From contig NC_043026.1 of the NCBI RefSeq assembly GCF_006345805.1, positions 8,184,001-8,248,000 of the forward strand: DNA of 64,000 bases. Direction: 5' to 3'. Both the position numbers and the translations under genes were made by a program. The stretch is from Octopus sinensis (taxonomy: Eukaryota). A model generated the notes under the pieces. The model was not told the DNA's origin. It did not search any database and saw only the letters and a program-made list of their open reading frames with translations. Below, in pieces: positions 11,778 to 24,419 of the stretch (positions are counted from its first letter, which is position 1; each line of letters begins with the position of its first letter).

Positions 11778-12075
11778 TGGTGTTGGAGAAGACTTTTGCG
11801 GATTCCATGCACAGCGCGGCTCACCAATGGAGAAGTTCTTAAGCAGATCAGGCCGAAAATGTCGCTAGAGGCTAGGATCACCAAGCATAGATTGGCATAT
11901 TTCGGTCATATTATGAGGAGAAAAATCCCTGGAGAAGGACATCATGCTCGGAATGGTCAGTGGCAAGAGAGGAAGAGGCCGACCAAGAACCCGCTGGCTT
12001 GACACCATCAAGGGCGATACCGGAATGGACATAGCCAATCTGAAAGAAGCGGCCCAGGATAGAACTGACTGAAGG
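11778..12075 (+). mobile_element. RTE (BovB-like) LINE 3' ORF fragment
   Basis: WCWRRLLRIP...YFGHIMRR..LEKDIMLG...GRGRPRTRWLD. Confidence 0.88.
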
Positions 12076-12779
12076 ATTTGCTCGACTAAAGACGGTGCTC
12101 CAGCATGGCTGCAGTCAAATGAATATATATATACAAATACGCACATATAGATACGCGCATGTACACACTCAGATCTACAAGGGCCAACCTTGAGAGTGGA
12201 TTTTGTAGGCAGAAAGAAGCCTGTCGATCTGGCAGAAACGTTAGCATGCCGGGCAAAATGCTTAGTAGTATGTCGTCTGCCGTTACGTTCTGAGTTCAAA
12301 TTCTGCCGAGGTCGATTTTGCCTTTCATCCTTTCAGGGTCGATAAATTAAGTACCAGTTACGCATTGGGGTCGATATAATCGACTTAATCAGTTTGTCTG
12401 TCCTTGTTTGCCCCCTCTGTGTTTTGCCACTTGTGGGTAGTAAAGAAATATATATGTGTGTATGAGTGTGTGTGGGGGGGGATCTGTGTCTGTGTTTGTC
12501 TCCACGTCCCGTACATTAGCGGTTCAGCAAAAAAGACCGAGAGGATAAGTACTAGGCTTGCAAAGAATAAGTCCCGGGGTCGATTTGTTCGACTGAAGGC
12601 GGTGCTCCAGCATGGCCGCAGTCAAATGACCGAAACAAAAGAAAGAAAGAATATACTTGATACACAAACACACAGACACACACCAAACAGATACACACAC
12701 GCACACGCAAACACACACACACACCCACAGACACACACCCACACGCAAACATAACTACACGTCATTTCATTCCAACGGG

Positions 12780-13600
12780 CAACAGCCGTCGCCACAGCCG
12801 CCGCCGCCGTCTCCGCCTGCGCTCGGCCGTAACTGTATCATTACCACCACTATTGCTACTACTGCTATTGCTATGAGCGTAACCACCACCACCACCACCA
12901 CCACCACCACCACCATGCACAACAAACCTGGTCACCCACTACCATCACAACCACCACAACAAAAACATAACAACCGCGAAAGCCATTCGCCGCCGCCGCT
13001 ACACCTGCACCACCGCCATCGCCACTACTACCTCTCCCACCGCCGCCGCCATCACCACTACTACCTCCCCCACCGCCGCCGCCATGAACACTACTACCTC
13101 CTCACCCCGCCACCTCCATCACCACCACTACTACCTCCCCCACCACCACGACCACTACTACATCTCCACCGCCGCCGCCATCAACACTACTACCTCACCA
13201 CCGCCGCCGCCGCCATCAACACTACTACCTCCCCCACCGCCACCGCCATCACCACCACTACTACCTCACCACCGCCGCCGCCGCCATCAACACTACTACC
13301 TCCCCCACCGCCGCACCCATCACCACCACTACTACCTCACCACCGCCGCCGCCGCCATCAACACTACTACCTCCCCCACCGCCACCGCCATCACCACCAC
13401 TACTACCTCACCACCGCCGCCGCCGCCATCAACACTACTACCTCCCCCACCGCCGCCGCCATCACCACCACTACTACCTCACCACCGCCGCCGCCGCCAT
13501 CAACACTACTACCTCCCCCACCGCCGCCGCCATCAACACTACTACCTCCCCCACCGCCGCCGCCATCACCACCACCACTACTACCTCCCCCCTACCGCTC
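12780..13600. repeat. GC-rich compound CCG/CCA/CTA minisatellite (~33 bp higher-order unit)
   Basis: Repeated caccgccgccgccatcaacactactacctcccc units; explains the spurious 376-aa Pro/Thr ORF. Confidence 0.85.
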
Positions 13601-13626
13601 TCGTCCCACAGCTTCCTTAGTAACGA

Positions 13627-13677
13627 GTCACGTGACAGCTTCTCAAGCAACAATAGTCAAATATGGCGGCCGTAAGT
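13627..13677 (+). promoter_or_regulatory. Candidate promoter/first exon: E-box palindrome, relaxed X-box, YY1-like ATGGCGGC and GTAAGT donor
   Basis: GTCACGTGAC 13627-36, GCTTCTCAAGCAAC 13638-51, AAATATGGCGGCC|GTAAGT 13659-77, all within 51 bp of unique sequence. Confidence 0.5.
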
Positions 13678-13927
13678 TTATTATTTTCTTTTCCTCTCTC
13701 GACTTCGTCTCTGTTTTTGTGTCTCTTTTTTCTCCATGTCTCTCTTCTGCCCCTCAACAAACAAGTCATGTCCTGAAGTCTTTTTGAATTTACCCTTTAT
13801 TTTCCTCGTTGTTTCTTATCTACTTGATTCAGCCTCCCTTTCTCACCCTCTCTCCTTTCTTTCCAATGTACATTCTTTTGTACATCCACCAGTTTCCTCT
13901 CTCTTCTCCGCTTTCTCTGCGTATATA

Positions 13928-14162
13928 CGACGGGACAGCCAAGTCCCTGGCTTTAACGGTGTCGCAAAAGTCCTGGCTGGAGGCCCAACTTTACGAGGTT
14001 TTTTGGGGGTTTTTTTTCCCGAGGTTTAGGCTCAGAATAACTGAAGACCATTGCAATAAGTCAGTGGATATGAGAGGGGAATATGACCAACAAAACCATA
14101 ATCAACAGATCCAACCTCGATTTTCTTTTACCCAAAACCAGAAACTTTTCAACCACCTTTCG
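13928..14162. mobile_element. Mariner-derived MITE
   Basis: TA|CGA...CTTTTCAACCACCTTTCG|TA; homologous to 60219-60438. Confidence 0.6.
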
Positions 14163-14413
14163 TATGTACATATATATATGTGTGTGTGTGTGTCTATATA
14201 TATGTCTATATATATATGTGTGTGTGTCTATATATGTGTCTATATATATGTCTATATATATATATATTAATATATATATATATATATGTATATAATATAT
14301 ATATATATTATTGATAAACGGTAAGATAACAAAAGAAAGAAAGAGACCTCAATATTATGTAAATAGAGGAAATTTATCTATACAATAATATGTTACCATT
14401 ATTCAATAGTCAA

Positions 14414-14474
14414 GATAAAACTCTGAGTTTCAGATGCCGAAGTGGAAATCCACAACACCATCTCATCGGTTATC
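14414..14474 (-). ncRNA. Degenerate hammerhead-like motif with long stem II
   Basis: GATAA-CCGATGA-GATG...CATCT-GAAA-CTCAGAG-TT-TTATC; U4->C. Confidence 0.35.
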
Positions 14475-14675
14475 TGGCCATCTGAAAAAAATCATAATTA
14501 ACTGATCCCCCTCTATTTTCTTGTACCCAAAAGCAGAAACTTTTCAACCACCCCTCGTTGTAAATATATACACATGGCCAGATAACCGAAGTGATGGTGT
14601 TGTGGATTTCCACTTCGGCATCTGAAACTCAGAGTTTTACCTTGACTATTGATAATGGTAACTATTAATTTACAG

Positions 14676-14749
<74 letters not shown>

Positions 14750-14858
14750 ATAATACGTTTAAATATTTGTTGTGCAAGATTTTTTTATGTGAAGTCGTGT
14801 GTGGAAACAGATATTGTTTATTTCGGAATGGTCATATTGCCAGTTAGCCAATAAAGGA

Positions 14859-14898
14859 CCACTGATGCGGTCACAGGAGTGTGACGAAAGAACTCTGG
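14859..14898 (+). ncRNA. Second copy of the 1480 hammerhead, A9->C (probably inactive)
   Basis: CCA-CTGATGC-G-GTCACA(GGAG)TGTGAC-GAAA-GAAC-TC-TGG inside a homologous element (14760-15030 vs 1217-1640). Confidence 0.45.
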
Positions 14899-15439
14899 CC
14901 GAAATAAGATTAAGATTAATGTAAAAAATAAATAACACTAAAGCAAAATAACACCGAATATATAGTGCGTGTGTTTTTTATTTTCTAAACTGGCAAAATG
15001 ACCATTCCTAAATACAACAATATATATATATATATAATGCAGACACAGATAGACAGACAAGGAAGCAGATGGACACAGATATAAAGAAAAAAACAATCAC
15101 ACAATTATATAAATATATATATATATAAAGACTGAGGTGAGAGAGACGTATATATAAGTATGTATATAATAAATGCAACGCACGAAACTCTCGAACCTTG
15201 AGTCACTGAAGTAGCCTCAAGAGATACACACACATATGCGCATATCTATCTATCTAACTATAAATGTAGTATATATATATATAAATATATACACACACAC
15301 ACACGTACAATACTATCTGTAGTGTTGTTTATGCTGAGATGGAAGGAGGTTTGTTTACTTAACCTAGATTTCTTTGTAGCGGTTGACACTTGTCGGCTTT
15401 AGTTTGTATCGGCCGTCGAAGTACTGTGGCACACATCTC

Positions 15440-15845
15440 TCTCTCTCTCTCTCTCTGTGGATATCTATCTGTCTATCTATCTACCTGTCTATCTATCTAT
15501 CTGTCTGTCTGTCTGTCCGTCCGTCCGTCTGTGTCTGTCTATCTATCCATCTATCTAACTCTCTCTATCTATCTATCAATCTCTCTGTCTATATCTATCT
15601 ATCTGTCTATATCTATCTGTCTATGTCAATCTATCTGTCTATATCTATCTATCTATCTGTCTATATCTATCTATCCATCCATCTATCTATCTGTCTATCT
15701 ATCTATCTATCTATCTGTCTGTCTGTCTGTTTATCTATCTTATCTATCTTGTCTATTTATCTATCTATCTGTTTGTCCATCCATCTGTGTCTGTCTATCT
15801 ATCCATCTATCTAACTCTCTCTCTCTCTATATATCTATCTATCTT
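15440..15845. repeat. (CTAT)n/(CTGT)n microsatellite
   Basis: Direct reading. Confidence 0.95.
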
Positions 15846-16409
15846 TGCAAACAAATGTGGTAACATGTAATAATATTGACCGAGGTTACCGTGGTCTTTT
15901 CCGTAGGCTTTTCTTCCCACGGATAAACCTTATCTGCCTCCCCCTTTACACTGTACATCATGACACGATCCCTATTGATCGTTTTATTTTCTTTTTCCCC
16001 TTTTTTCCTTTTTCTTTTCTTTTGTTTCTTTTCCTTTTTTTCTTCTTTCCCTTTTACGATCCCTTTTGATCGAAAACCTACCCCACTTTGTTTTTTCTCC
16101 AAAAGAAGAAAAGCTCTACTTTGTAATCTGTCCCGTCTGTGTGCAGCCCTGTGTGGCTAATAAAGAAACATATCTATCTATCTATCTATCTATCGTCTCA
16201 TATATATGTGTGTGAGTGCCGTCTAAAGAGATGGGCACTCTGGGCAGTTGACCACAGGCCCCTCGCAGGTCGAGAGATCCATTCCTACGTGTGCTGTGGT
16301 TTACTGTTAACATATACTGCAAGGCTCATTAACTGATTTGCCTCAGGCGCGAATAATGCTGCTAAAACGGCTCAGATATGTATTTTTATATTAATCGAAA
16401 AGCACAGTA

Positions 16410-16803
16410 TTATGGATGGAAGCACTCCTTCGGTTACGACGACGAGGGTTCCTGTTGATCCGATCAACGGAACAGCCTGCTTGTGAAATTAACGTGTAAG
16501 TGGCTGAGCACTCCACAGACAAGTGTACCCTTAATGTAGTTCTCGGGGATATTCAGCGTGACACAGAGAGTGACAAGGCCGCGGCCCTTTGAAATACAGG
16601 TACACAGAAACAGGAAGTAAGAGGGTGAGAGAAAGTTGTGGTGAAAGCGTACAGCGGGGATCACCACCATCCCCTGCCGGAGCCTCGTGGAGCTTTAGGT
16701 GTTTTCGCCTCAATAAACACTCACAACGCCCGGTCTGGGAATGAAACCTCGATCCTATGACCGCGAGTCTGCTGCCCTAACCACTGGGCCATTGCGACTC
16801 CAC
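16410..16803 (-). mobile_element. SINE family D (tRNA-Arg-like head)
   Basis: Homologous to 17912-18292. Confidence 0.8.
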
Positions 16804-16964
16804 ACAGTATTATGTATCCATTGTGGCCGATCTTAACGATCGATTTCACATTAGGGGGTTCAACAGAGTGTTAGGTAACCAGTTCGATTATGTCACCCTC
16901 TGCTCTTTTTTTTTTCTGACAGATTCTTAGACGACAAAATAAATTATTCTGTATAGATTCTCTT

Positions 16965-17513
16965 TTACTCTTTTATTTGTTTCAGTCATTTGACTGCGGC
17001 CATGTGGAGACAGCCTTTAGTCGATCAAATCGACCCCGGACTTATTCTTTGTAAGCCCAGTACTTATCTATCCCCGGTCTCTTTTACTTGTTTCAGTCAT
17101 TTGACTGCGGCCATGCGGAGCACCGCCTTTAGTCGATCAAATCGACCCCAGGACTTATTCTTTGTAAGCCCAGTACTTATTCTATCGGTCTCTTTTACTT
17201 GTTTCAGTTTCATTTGACTGCGGCCATGCTGGAGAGCACCGCCTTTAGTCGATCAAATCGACCCCAGGACTTATTCTTTGTAAGCCCAGTACTTATTCTA
17301 TCGGTCTCTTTTACTTGTTTCAGTCATTTGACTGCGGCCATGCTGGAGCACCGCCTTTAGTCGAGCAAATCGACCCCACCAGGGCTTATTCTTTGTAAGC
17401 CCAGTACTTATTCTATCGGTCTCTTTCGCCGAACCGCTAAGTTACGAGGATGTAAACACACCAACATCGGTTGCCAAAGGATGGTGGGGGAACGAATACA
17501 GACACACAAACAT

Positions 17514-17544
<31 letters not shown>

Positions 17545-17835
17545 CTCTTTTACTTGTTTCAGTCATTTCGGTTGCGGCCATGCTGGAGCACCGCCTTTAG
17601 TCGAACAAATCGACCCCAGGACTTATTCTTTGTAAGCTTTGTACTTACCCTATTGGTCTCTTTTCCTGAACCGCTAAGTTACGGGGACGTAAACACACCA
17701 ACATCGGTTGCCAAACGATGGTGGGGGGGACAAATACAGACGCACAAACGTACACGCACATATATAGCTACGACGGGCTTCTTTCAGTTTCCGTCTACCA
17801 AATCCACTCACAAGGCTTTGGTCGGCCCGAGGCTA
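16965..17835 (-). mobile_element. SINE A tail array (4 x ~114 bp) plus a further copy
   Basis: CTCTTTT-delimited units at ~16968, 17079, 17190 and 17306. Confidence 0.85.
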
Positions 17836-17911
17836 CATATATGTGTGTGTGCGTATTTTTACAGATAGCTCTATTTGGTCTTTCTCTACGTCTGAATATA
17901 CTCATCAGTAT

Positions 17912-18292
17912 GGATGCACTCCGTCGGTGACGACGACGAGGGTTCCGGTTGATCCGATCAACGGGAAAAGCCTGCTCGTGAAATTAACGTGTAAGTGGCT
18001 GAGCACTCCACAGACACATGTACCCTTAACGTAGTTCTCGGAGATATTCAGCGTGACACAGAGAGTGACAAGGCCGGCCCTTTGAAATACAGACACACCA
18101 GAAACAGGAAGTAAGAGTGAGAGAAAGTTGTGGTGAAAGAGTACAGCAGGGATCACCAACATCCCCTGCCGGAGCCTCGTGGAGCTTTTTAGGTGTTTTC
18201 GCTCAATAAACACTCACAACGCCCGGTCTGGGAATCGAATCCGACGACCGCGAGTCCGCTGCCCTAACCACTAGGCCATTGCGCCTCCACGC
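17912..18292 (-). mobile_element. SINE family D with 11-bp TSD
   Basis: Head GGAGGCGCAATGGCCTAGTGGTTAGGGCAGCGGACTCGCGG; TSD CTCATCAGTAT at 17901-11 and 18293-303. Confidence 0.85.
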
Positions 18293-18337
18293 CTCATCAG
18301 TATACGCAGCGGGAGGAGTCCCAGGTTTTCAAACTCC

Positions 18338-18443
18338 GGATCTTTTCTGTTTGACTGGCAGTTTTCAACACAATTTCTAGTTAACTAAACACTTTTAAAC
18401 TTCGTATACTGGTAGAATGTGTTTATAAAACATCATTTTTTTC
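18338..18443. mobile_element. Truncated left end of the Merlin-like fold-back MITE
   Basis: GGATCTTTTCTGTTTGA...CTAGTTAACTAAACAC matches 32407 and 47415. Confidence 0.7.
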
Positions 18444-18444
18444 T

Positions 18445-19640
18445 GGGATCACCAAGCGTAGATTGGCATATTTCGGTCATATTATGTGGAGAAAATCCCT
18501 GGAGAAGGACATCATGCTCGGAATGGTCAGTGGCAAGAGAGGAATAGGCCGACCAATGGAGAAGTTCTTAAGCAGATCAGGCCGAAAATGTTGCTAGAAG
18601 CTGGGATCACCAAGCATAGATTGTCATATTATGCGGAGAAAATCCCTGGAGAAGGATATCATGCTCGGAATGGTCAGTGGCAAGAGAGGAATAGGCCGAC
18701 CAATGGAGAAGTTCTTAAGCAGATCAGGCCGAAAATGTCGCTAGAAGCTGGGATCACCAAGCATAGATTGGTATATTTCGGTCATATTATGCTGAGAAAA
18801 TCCCTGGAGAAGGACATCATGCTCGGAACGGTCAGTGGCAAGAGAGGAAGAGGTTGACCAATGGAGAAGTTCTTAAGCAGATCAGGCCGAAAATGTCGCT
18901 AGAAGCTAGGATCACCAAGCGTAGATTGGTATATTTCGGTCATATTATGCGGAGAAAATCCCTGGAGAAGGACATCATGCTCGGAACGGTCAGTGGCAAG
19001 AGAGGAATAGGTTGACCAATGGAGAAGTTCTTAAGCAGATCAGGCCGAAAATGTCGCTAGAAGCTAGGATCACCAAGCGTAGATTGGTATATTTCGGTCA
19101 TATTATGCGGAGAAAATCCCTGGAGAAGGACATCATGCTCAGAATGGTCAGTGGCAAGAGAGGAAGAGGCTGACCAATGGAGAAGTTCTTAAGCAGATCA
19201 GGCCAAAAATGTTGTTAGAAGCTGGGATCACCAAGCATAGATTGGTATATTTCGGTCATATTATGAGGAGAAAATCCCTGGAGAAGGACATCATGCTCGG
19301 AATGGTCAGTGGCAAGAGAGGAGAGGCCGACCAATGGAGAAGTTCTTAAGCAGATCAGGCCAAAAATGTCGCTAGAAGCTGGGATCACCAAGCATAGATT
19401 GGCATATTTCGGTCATATTATGCGGAGAAAAACCCTGGAGAAGGACATCATGCTTACAATGGTCAGTGGCAAGAGAGGAAGAGGCCGACCAAGAACCCGC
19501 TGGCTTGACACCATCAGGAGTGATACGGGAATGGACATAGCCAGTCTGAAAGAAGCGGCCCAGGATAGAACTGACTGGAGGACACTGATCCAACGAGTGA
19601 CCGAGGGTCGACTTCGACTGAGCGGATTGATAGATAGAGA
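18445..19640 (+). mobile_element. RTE LINE 3' end with ~6.7 tandem copies of a 158-bp internal segment
   Basis: CCAATGGAGAAG recurs at 18553, 18700, 18858, 19016, 19174 and 19331; same family as 11778-12075. Confidence 0.9.
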
Positions 19641-22271
19641 GGACAGGAACAGCAAGAAATGAGTGTTCTGCTTAAGAACTCAATGCATCGCCCAGTCCAG
19701 GAATTGAAACTGCAATCTTAGAATCATGAGTCGATTGCCCTAACCACCAAGCCATGCACCTCCACATCTATAAGCGATGCCCGTATAAGTTATTCTTTTG
19801 TATATTTTTCATTGTGCAACCAATATTAATTATTCATGCAGCCCTGTCATTCAGTGAGCGGAGGACATATTCAGTTTAGTGGGTCTGTTTGAGTGTGTCG
19901 CAGTCTTTGTTTGCTTCCAGCCATTTGGACTTCGACCATGTTGGGGGGGGGGGGCGGTGTAATCAAGGGCTTTTAATTAATTAATCATATCAGTGACCCC
20001 CCCCCATACACGCTTCCCAGCACTTATCCCTCTCGGATTGACGGATATTGATATCATATTGATCTCTGCTTATCGAATGACTTCTGTTGTGGGCGAGAGT
20101 GTTTGTTTTTGCTTTTTGTTGTTCTTTTTATTCTTTTACGTACAGAGACACAGTAACATTGGTTCAAACCAGCAAACAGGCAGTCACAGATAGGAGCACA
20201 CACCACATACACACACACACACATCTGTTTTCTAATATTCATATTTTATGTACACATCATTCATCATCATCATCGTTTAACGTCCGCTTTCCATGCTGGC
20301 ATAGGTTGGACGATTTGACTGAGGACTGGCGAACCAGCTGGCTGCACCAGGCTCCAATCTGATCTGGCAGAGTTTCTACAGCTGGATGCCCTTCCTAACG
20401 CCAACCGCTCTGAGAGTGTTGTGGGTGCTTTTACGTGTCTCCGGTACAAAGGCCAGTCAGGCGGTACTGGCAACGGCCACGCTCAAATGGTGCTTTTTAC
20501 GTGTCACCAGCACGGAAGCCAGTCAGCTGCTCTGGTAACGATCTGGCTCGGATGGTGCTCTTAGCGCTCCACAAGCACTGATGCCAGTCATCGAATTTGA
20601 TTCTGATTTCACTTTACCTCAACAGGTCTTTGCAAGCAGAGTTTAGTGTCCAAAATATATATATATAGGCGCAGGAGTGGCTGTGTGGTAAGTAGCTTGT
20701 TTACCAACCACATGGTTCAGGGTTCAGTCCCACTGCATGGCACCTTAAGCAAGTGTCTTCTACTGTAGCCTTGGGCCGACCAAGGCCTTGTGAGTGGATT
20801 TGGTAGATGGAAACTGAAAGAAGCCCGTCGTATATATGTATATATATATATTATATTGAGGGTACTACTATTCATAGATACCACACGCTAAGAGGGACCA
20901 ATGCGGTCAAAAACTTACTAAAATAAACAAATTTTAAACCGAATGCAAAACTTCAAAGCGAGTCATTTAAAAGAAGAATTTAGTTACATATCACCTGTGA
21001 TTTCGCAATTAATGCAGAATATGCATCTATGTTCATCAGTGCAACAAACTCAAGATATATAAGAAAAACATAACGTTACAAGCTCGATAGCCAACCGTAG
21101 AATAGAATTTCGTATATATATATATATCTATATATATAGATATATATAATATATATATATATATATGCATGTTTGTGTGTCTGTGTTTGTCCCCTAGCAG
21201 CTGTGACAACCAATGCTGGTGTGTTTACGTCCCTGTCACTTAGTGGTCGGCAAAAAGAGACCAATAGAATAAGACTGGGCTTACAAAGAATAAGTCCCGG
21301 GTCGATTTGCTCGACTAAAAGGTGGTGCTCCGGCATGGCGCCGCATCAAATGACTGAAACAAGTAAAAGAGTAAAAAGAGTATGCTAATTTCATTTCTTT
21401 CTATTCTTTACATTTCGTCTGCATTCACAGCCCAAGCCTCAAACCTATGTGGCATAACTGTTTATACATAGACATCATACAATCTGCTTTTCATTCTGAC
21501 AGAGAAATGCCTTTTGTTATCAACAGATAAAAATTCTCTGCAATTTTCCTTGCCAGGGCTTTTCTGGTAACGAGATTGTCAGAGCATCCTCCTCCACTGC
21601 TATTAGGCCATGCTGGTAAAAGAATCTTTCTACTACTTCTAGGAAGCCTCTTGGGTATTCCAGAGCATCTGTTTCCTCTGTGCTTTTGTTGTTTATTGTT
21701 CCTGCACGTCCGTAGCAAACAAATTCTACTCCCTCTGCGAACCTTCCTGTGAGACCACTGCATCGCTTTTGTTCACTTTAGCACCGAGTGCACCTTGTGA
21801 ATGTGTACATAAATGATTATATGTATTTGCACAATATATATATATATATATATATATCTGTATACATATATATATGTGTGTGTGTATGTATATATAATTA
21901 TATACATATATATATGTGTGTGTGTACATATATATATATATGTATACATATATATGTGTGTGTATGTATATATAATTATATACATATATATATATGTTTA
22001 CATATATATATGTGTGTGTTTGTATATATAATTATATATATATATTAATATATTCATATATGTATATATGTGTACATATAGATGTGTGTGTGTATGTATA
22101 TATAATTATATATATATATAATTCATATATGTATATATGTGTACATATATATGTGTGTGTGTAACGTATATTATAATTATATATATATATATATATTCAT
22201 ATATTTATGTGTACATATATATATATATGTGTGTGTCTGTGTGTGTGTATGTATACATATATATATGTGTG

Positions 22272-22323
<52 letters not shown>

Positions 22324-23381
22324 TCATATATGTATATATGTGACATGTATATATATTGTCTGTGTGTGTGTGTATGTATACATATATATATGTGTTTGTG
22401 TATGTTTATAATGATATATATATATATTTAATGCATAATTGTTAGTTGATAAACAATTACGGATTAAATATTTATTCACTCACAGACGTATCTTTGTGTT
22501 CTTTATTCTAAGTGTCTGGACACAGCTTCTTTAAAACATGTCACACCTTAACATATATATATATCATCATCATCATGATTTAACATCCGTTGTCCATGCT
22601 CACCTGGGATGGACAGTTTGACCAGGGTTAGTAAGCCGAGGGTCTGCACCAGAATGTAACCTGATCTGGCCTGGTTTCTACAGCTAGATGCCTTTCCTAA
22701 TGCCATTCACTCCTAGAGTGTAATGGGTGATTTTGGCATGCTACCGGCACAGATACCAGTTGCATCACGCTGGTATCTATCATGACTATCATGTAAGGCG
22801 GCGAGCTGGCAGAATGGTTAGCACGCCGGACACAATGCGTAGCCGTATTTCGTCTGCTGTTACGTTCTGAGTTCAAATTCCACCGAGGTCGACTTTGCCT
22901 TTCATCCATTCGGGGTCGATAAATTAAGTACCAGTTTACGCACTGGGGTCGATGTAATCAACTTAATCCCTTTGTCTGTCCTTGTTTGTTCTCTCTGTGT
23001 TTAGCCCCATGTGGGTAGTAAAGAAATAGGTATCTATCATGACTATGATTTCACTTGACTCAATGGGTCTTCTTCTTAAGCACAGAATATTGCCAAAGGT
23101 CTCGGTCATCTGTCTTTGTCTCTGTGAAGCCCAACACTCAAAAGGTGCTTTTTACATGCTGCCGGAACAGGTGGTAGTTACACGACACCAATACACGCAC
23201 ACACATTTATATGTATCTCTCTATATAGGCGCAGGAGTGGCTGTGTGGTAAGTAGCTTGCTTACCAACCATATGGTTCTGGGTTCAGTCCCACTGCGTGG
23301 CACCTTGGGCAAGTGTCTTCTACTATAGCCTCGATACTAAGCATTTCGCCCAGCATGCTAACGATTCTGCCAGCTCGCCAC

Positions 23382-23414
<33 letters not shown>

Positions 23415-23818
23415 CATCATCCATCTTCCATGCATACATGGGTAGGACGGTTGACAGGTGCCAACCATGTAGAAAAACTACCCTAGGCTACTGTGTCTGT
23501 TTTGGCAGAGATTTTACAGCTGGATGCACTCCTTAACATATATATTTCTCTAGTAAATCCAAAATAGAAGCACACTAAGTTATGTAGCAGTAGGGTGTAT
23601 AGAGTTGCTAGAAATGCCATTGGCCAGCGGGTTTTAGGGTCTGAAGTAATGCTGTAAAGATAAACACCTTATGGACATGAAACCTAGGGTAACCCCATAG
23701 ACTGACAATATCTATCTTTATCTATCTATCTTTATATATATTCAAAATGTGACCGCGTGTGTACCGTTGGTGATTTTTTTCCTCCGTCTTCCCTTCTCTG
23801 GATCTTTCCTTTTCCTAT

Positions 23819-23853
23819 GTTCCTGACGAAGAGCTCCGCTCGAAACGTTAAAC
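23819..23853 (+). ncRNA. Minimal hammerhead-like motif with ACGT palindromic helix III
   Basis: GTTC-CTGACGA-A-GAGC(TCC)GCTC-GAAA-CG-TT-AAAC. Confidence 0.45.
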
Positions 23854-23967
23854 CCTTCTTTCCTTCTTTCCTGAGCGTCCAATAATACTATATTTGTTCC
23901 ACGTCCTCGTGTTGTTGTGTTTTCATGTTTGGATTAACTACACACACACACATATATATATATATAA

Positions 23968-24379
23968 GCACAGGAGTGGCTGTGTGGTAAGTAGCTTGCT
24001 AACCAAACCACATAGTTCTGGTTCAGTCCCACTGTGTGGCATCTTGGGCAAGTGTGTTCTTCTGCTATAGTCCTCGGGCCGACCAATGCTTGTGAGTGGA
24101 TTTGGTAGACGGAAACTGAAAGAAGCCGTGTCATATATGTATATATTATATATATGAATGTGTGTGTATATGTTTGTGTGTCTGTGTTTGTCCCCCTTAG
24201 CATTGCTGACAACCGATGCTGGTTGTTTTACCTCCTCGTCACTAGCGTTTCGGCAAAAGAGGCCGATAGAATAAGTACCGGGCTTACAAAGAATAAGTCC
24301 CGGGGTCGATTTGCTAAACTAAAGGCGGTGCTCCAGCATGGCCGCAGTCAAATGACTGAAACAAGTAAAAGAGTAAGGC

Positions 24380-24419
<40 letters not shown>

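Noticed and set aside
12657-13787. 376-aa Pro/Thr/His-rich ORF
   Set aside because: Translation of CA and CCG/CCA/CTA repeats; no splice or homology support.
13928-14162. Coding-looking segment after the MAA micro-exon (…QVPGFNGVAKVLAGG…)
   Set aside because: It is a mariner-type MITE, homologous to 60219-60438.
18225-18292. tRNA-Arg(TCG)-like sequence
   Set aside because: It is the head of a SINE with a body and TSD; no complete cloverleaf or acceptor stem.
20990-21045. Minus-strand CTGATGA…GAAA
   Set aside because: Stem II closing pair, UH site and stem I do not fit.
15845-21760. Isolated acceptor-like sites and unique stretches (~15904, 19841, 20144, 21502) as exons of a third gene
   Set aside because: No consistent frame, donor or recognisable protein; at most non-coding exons.
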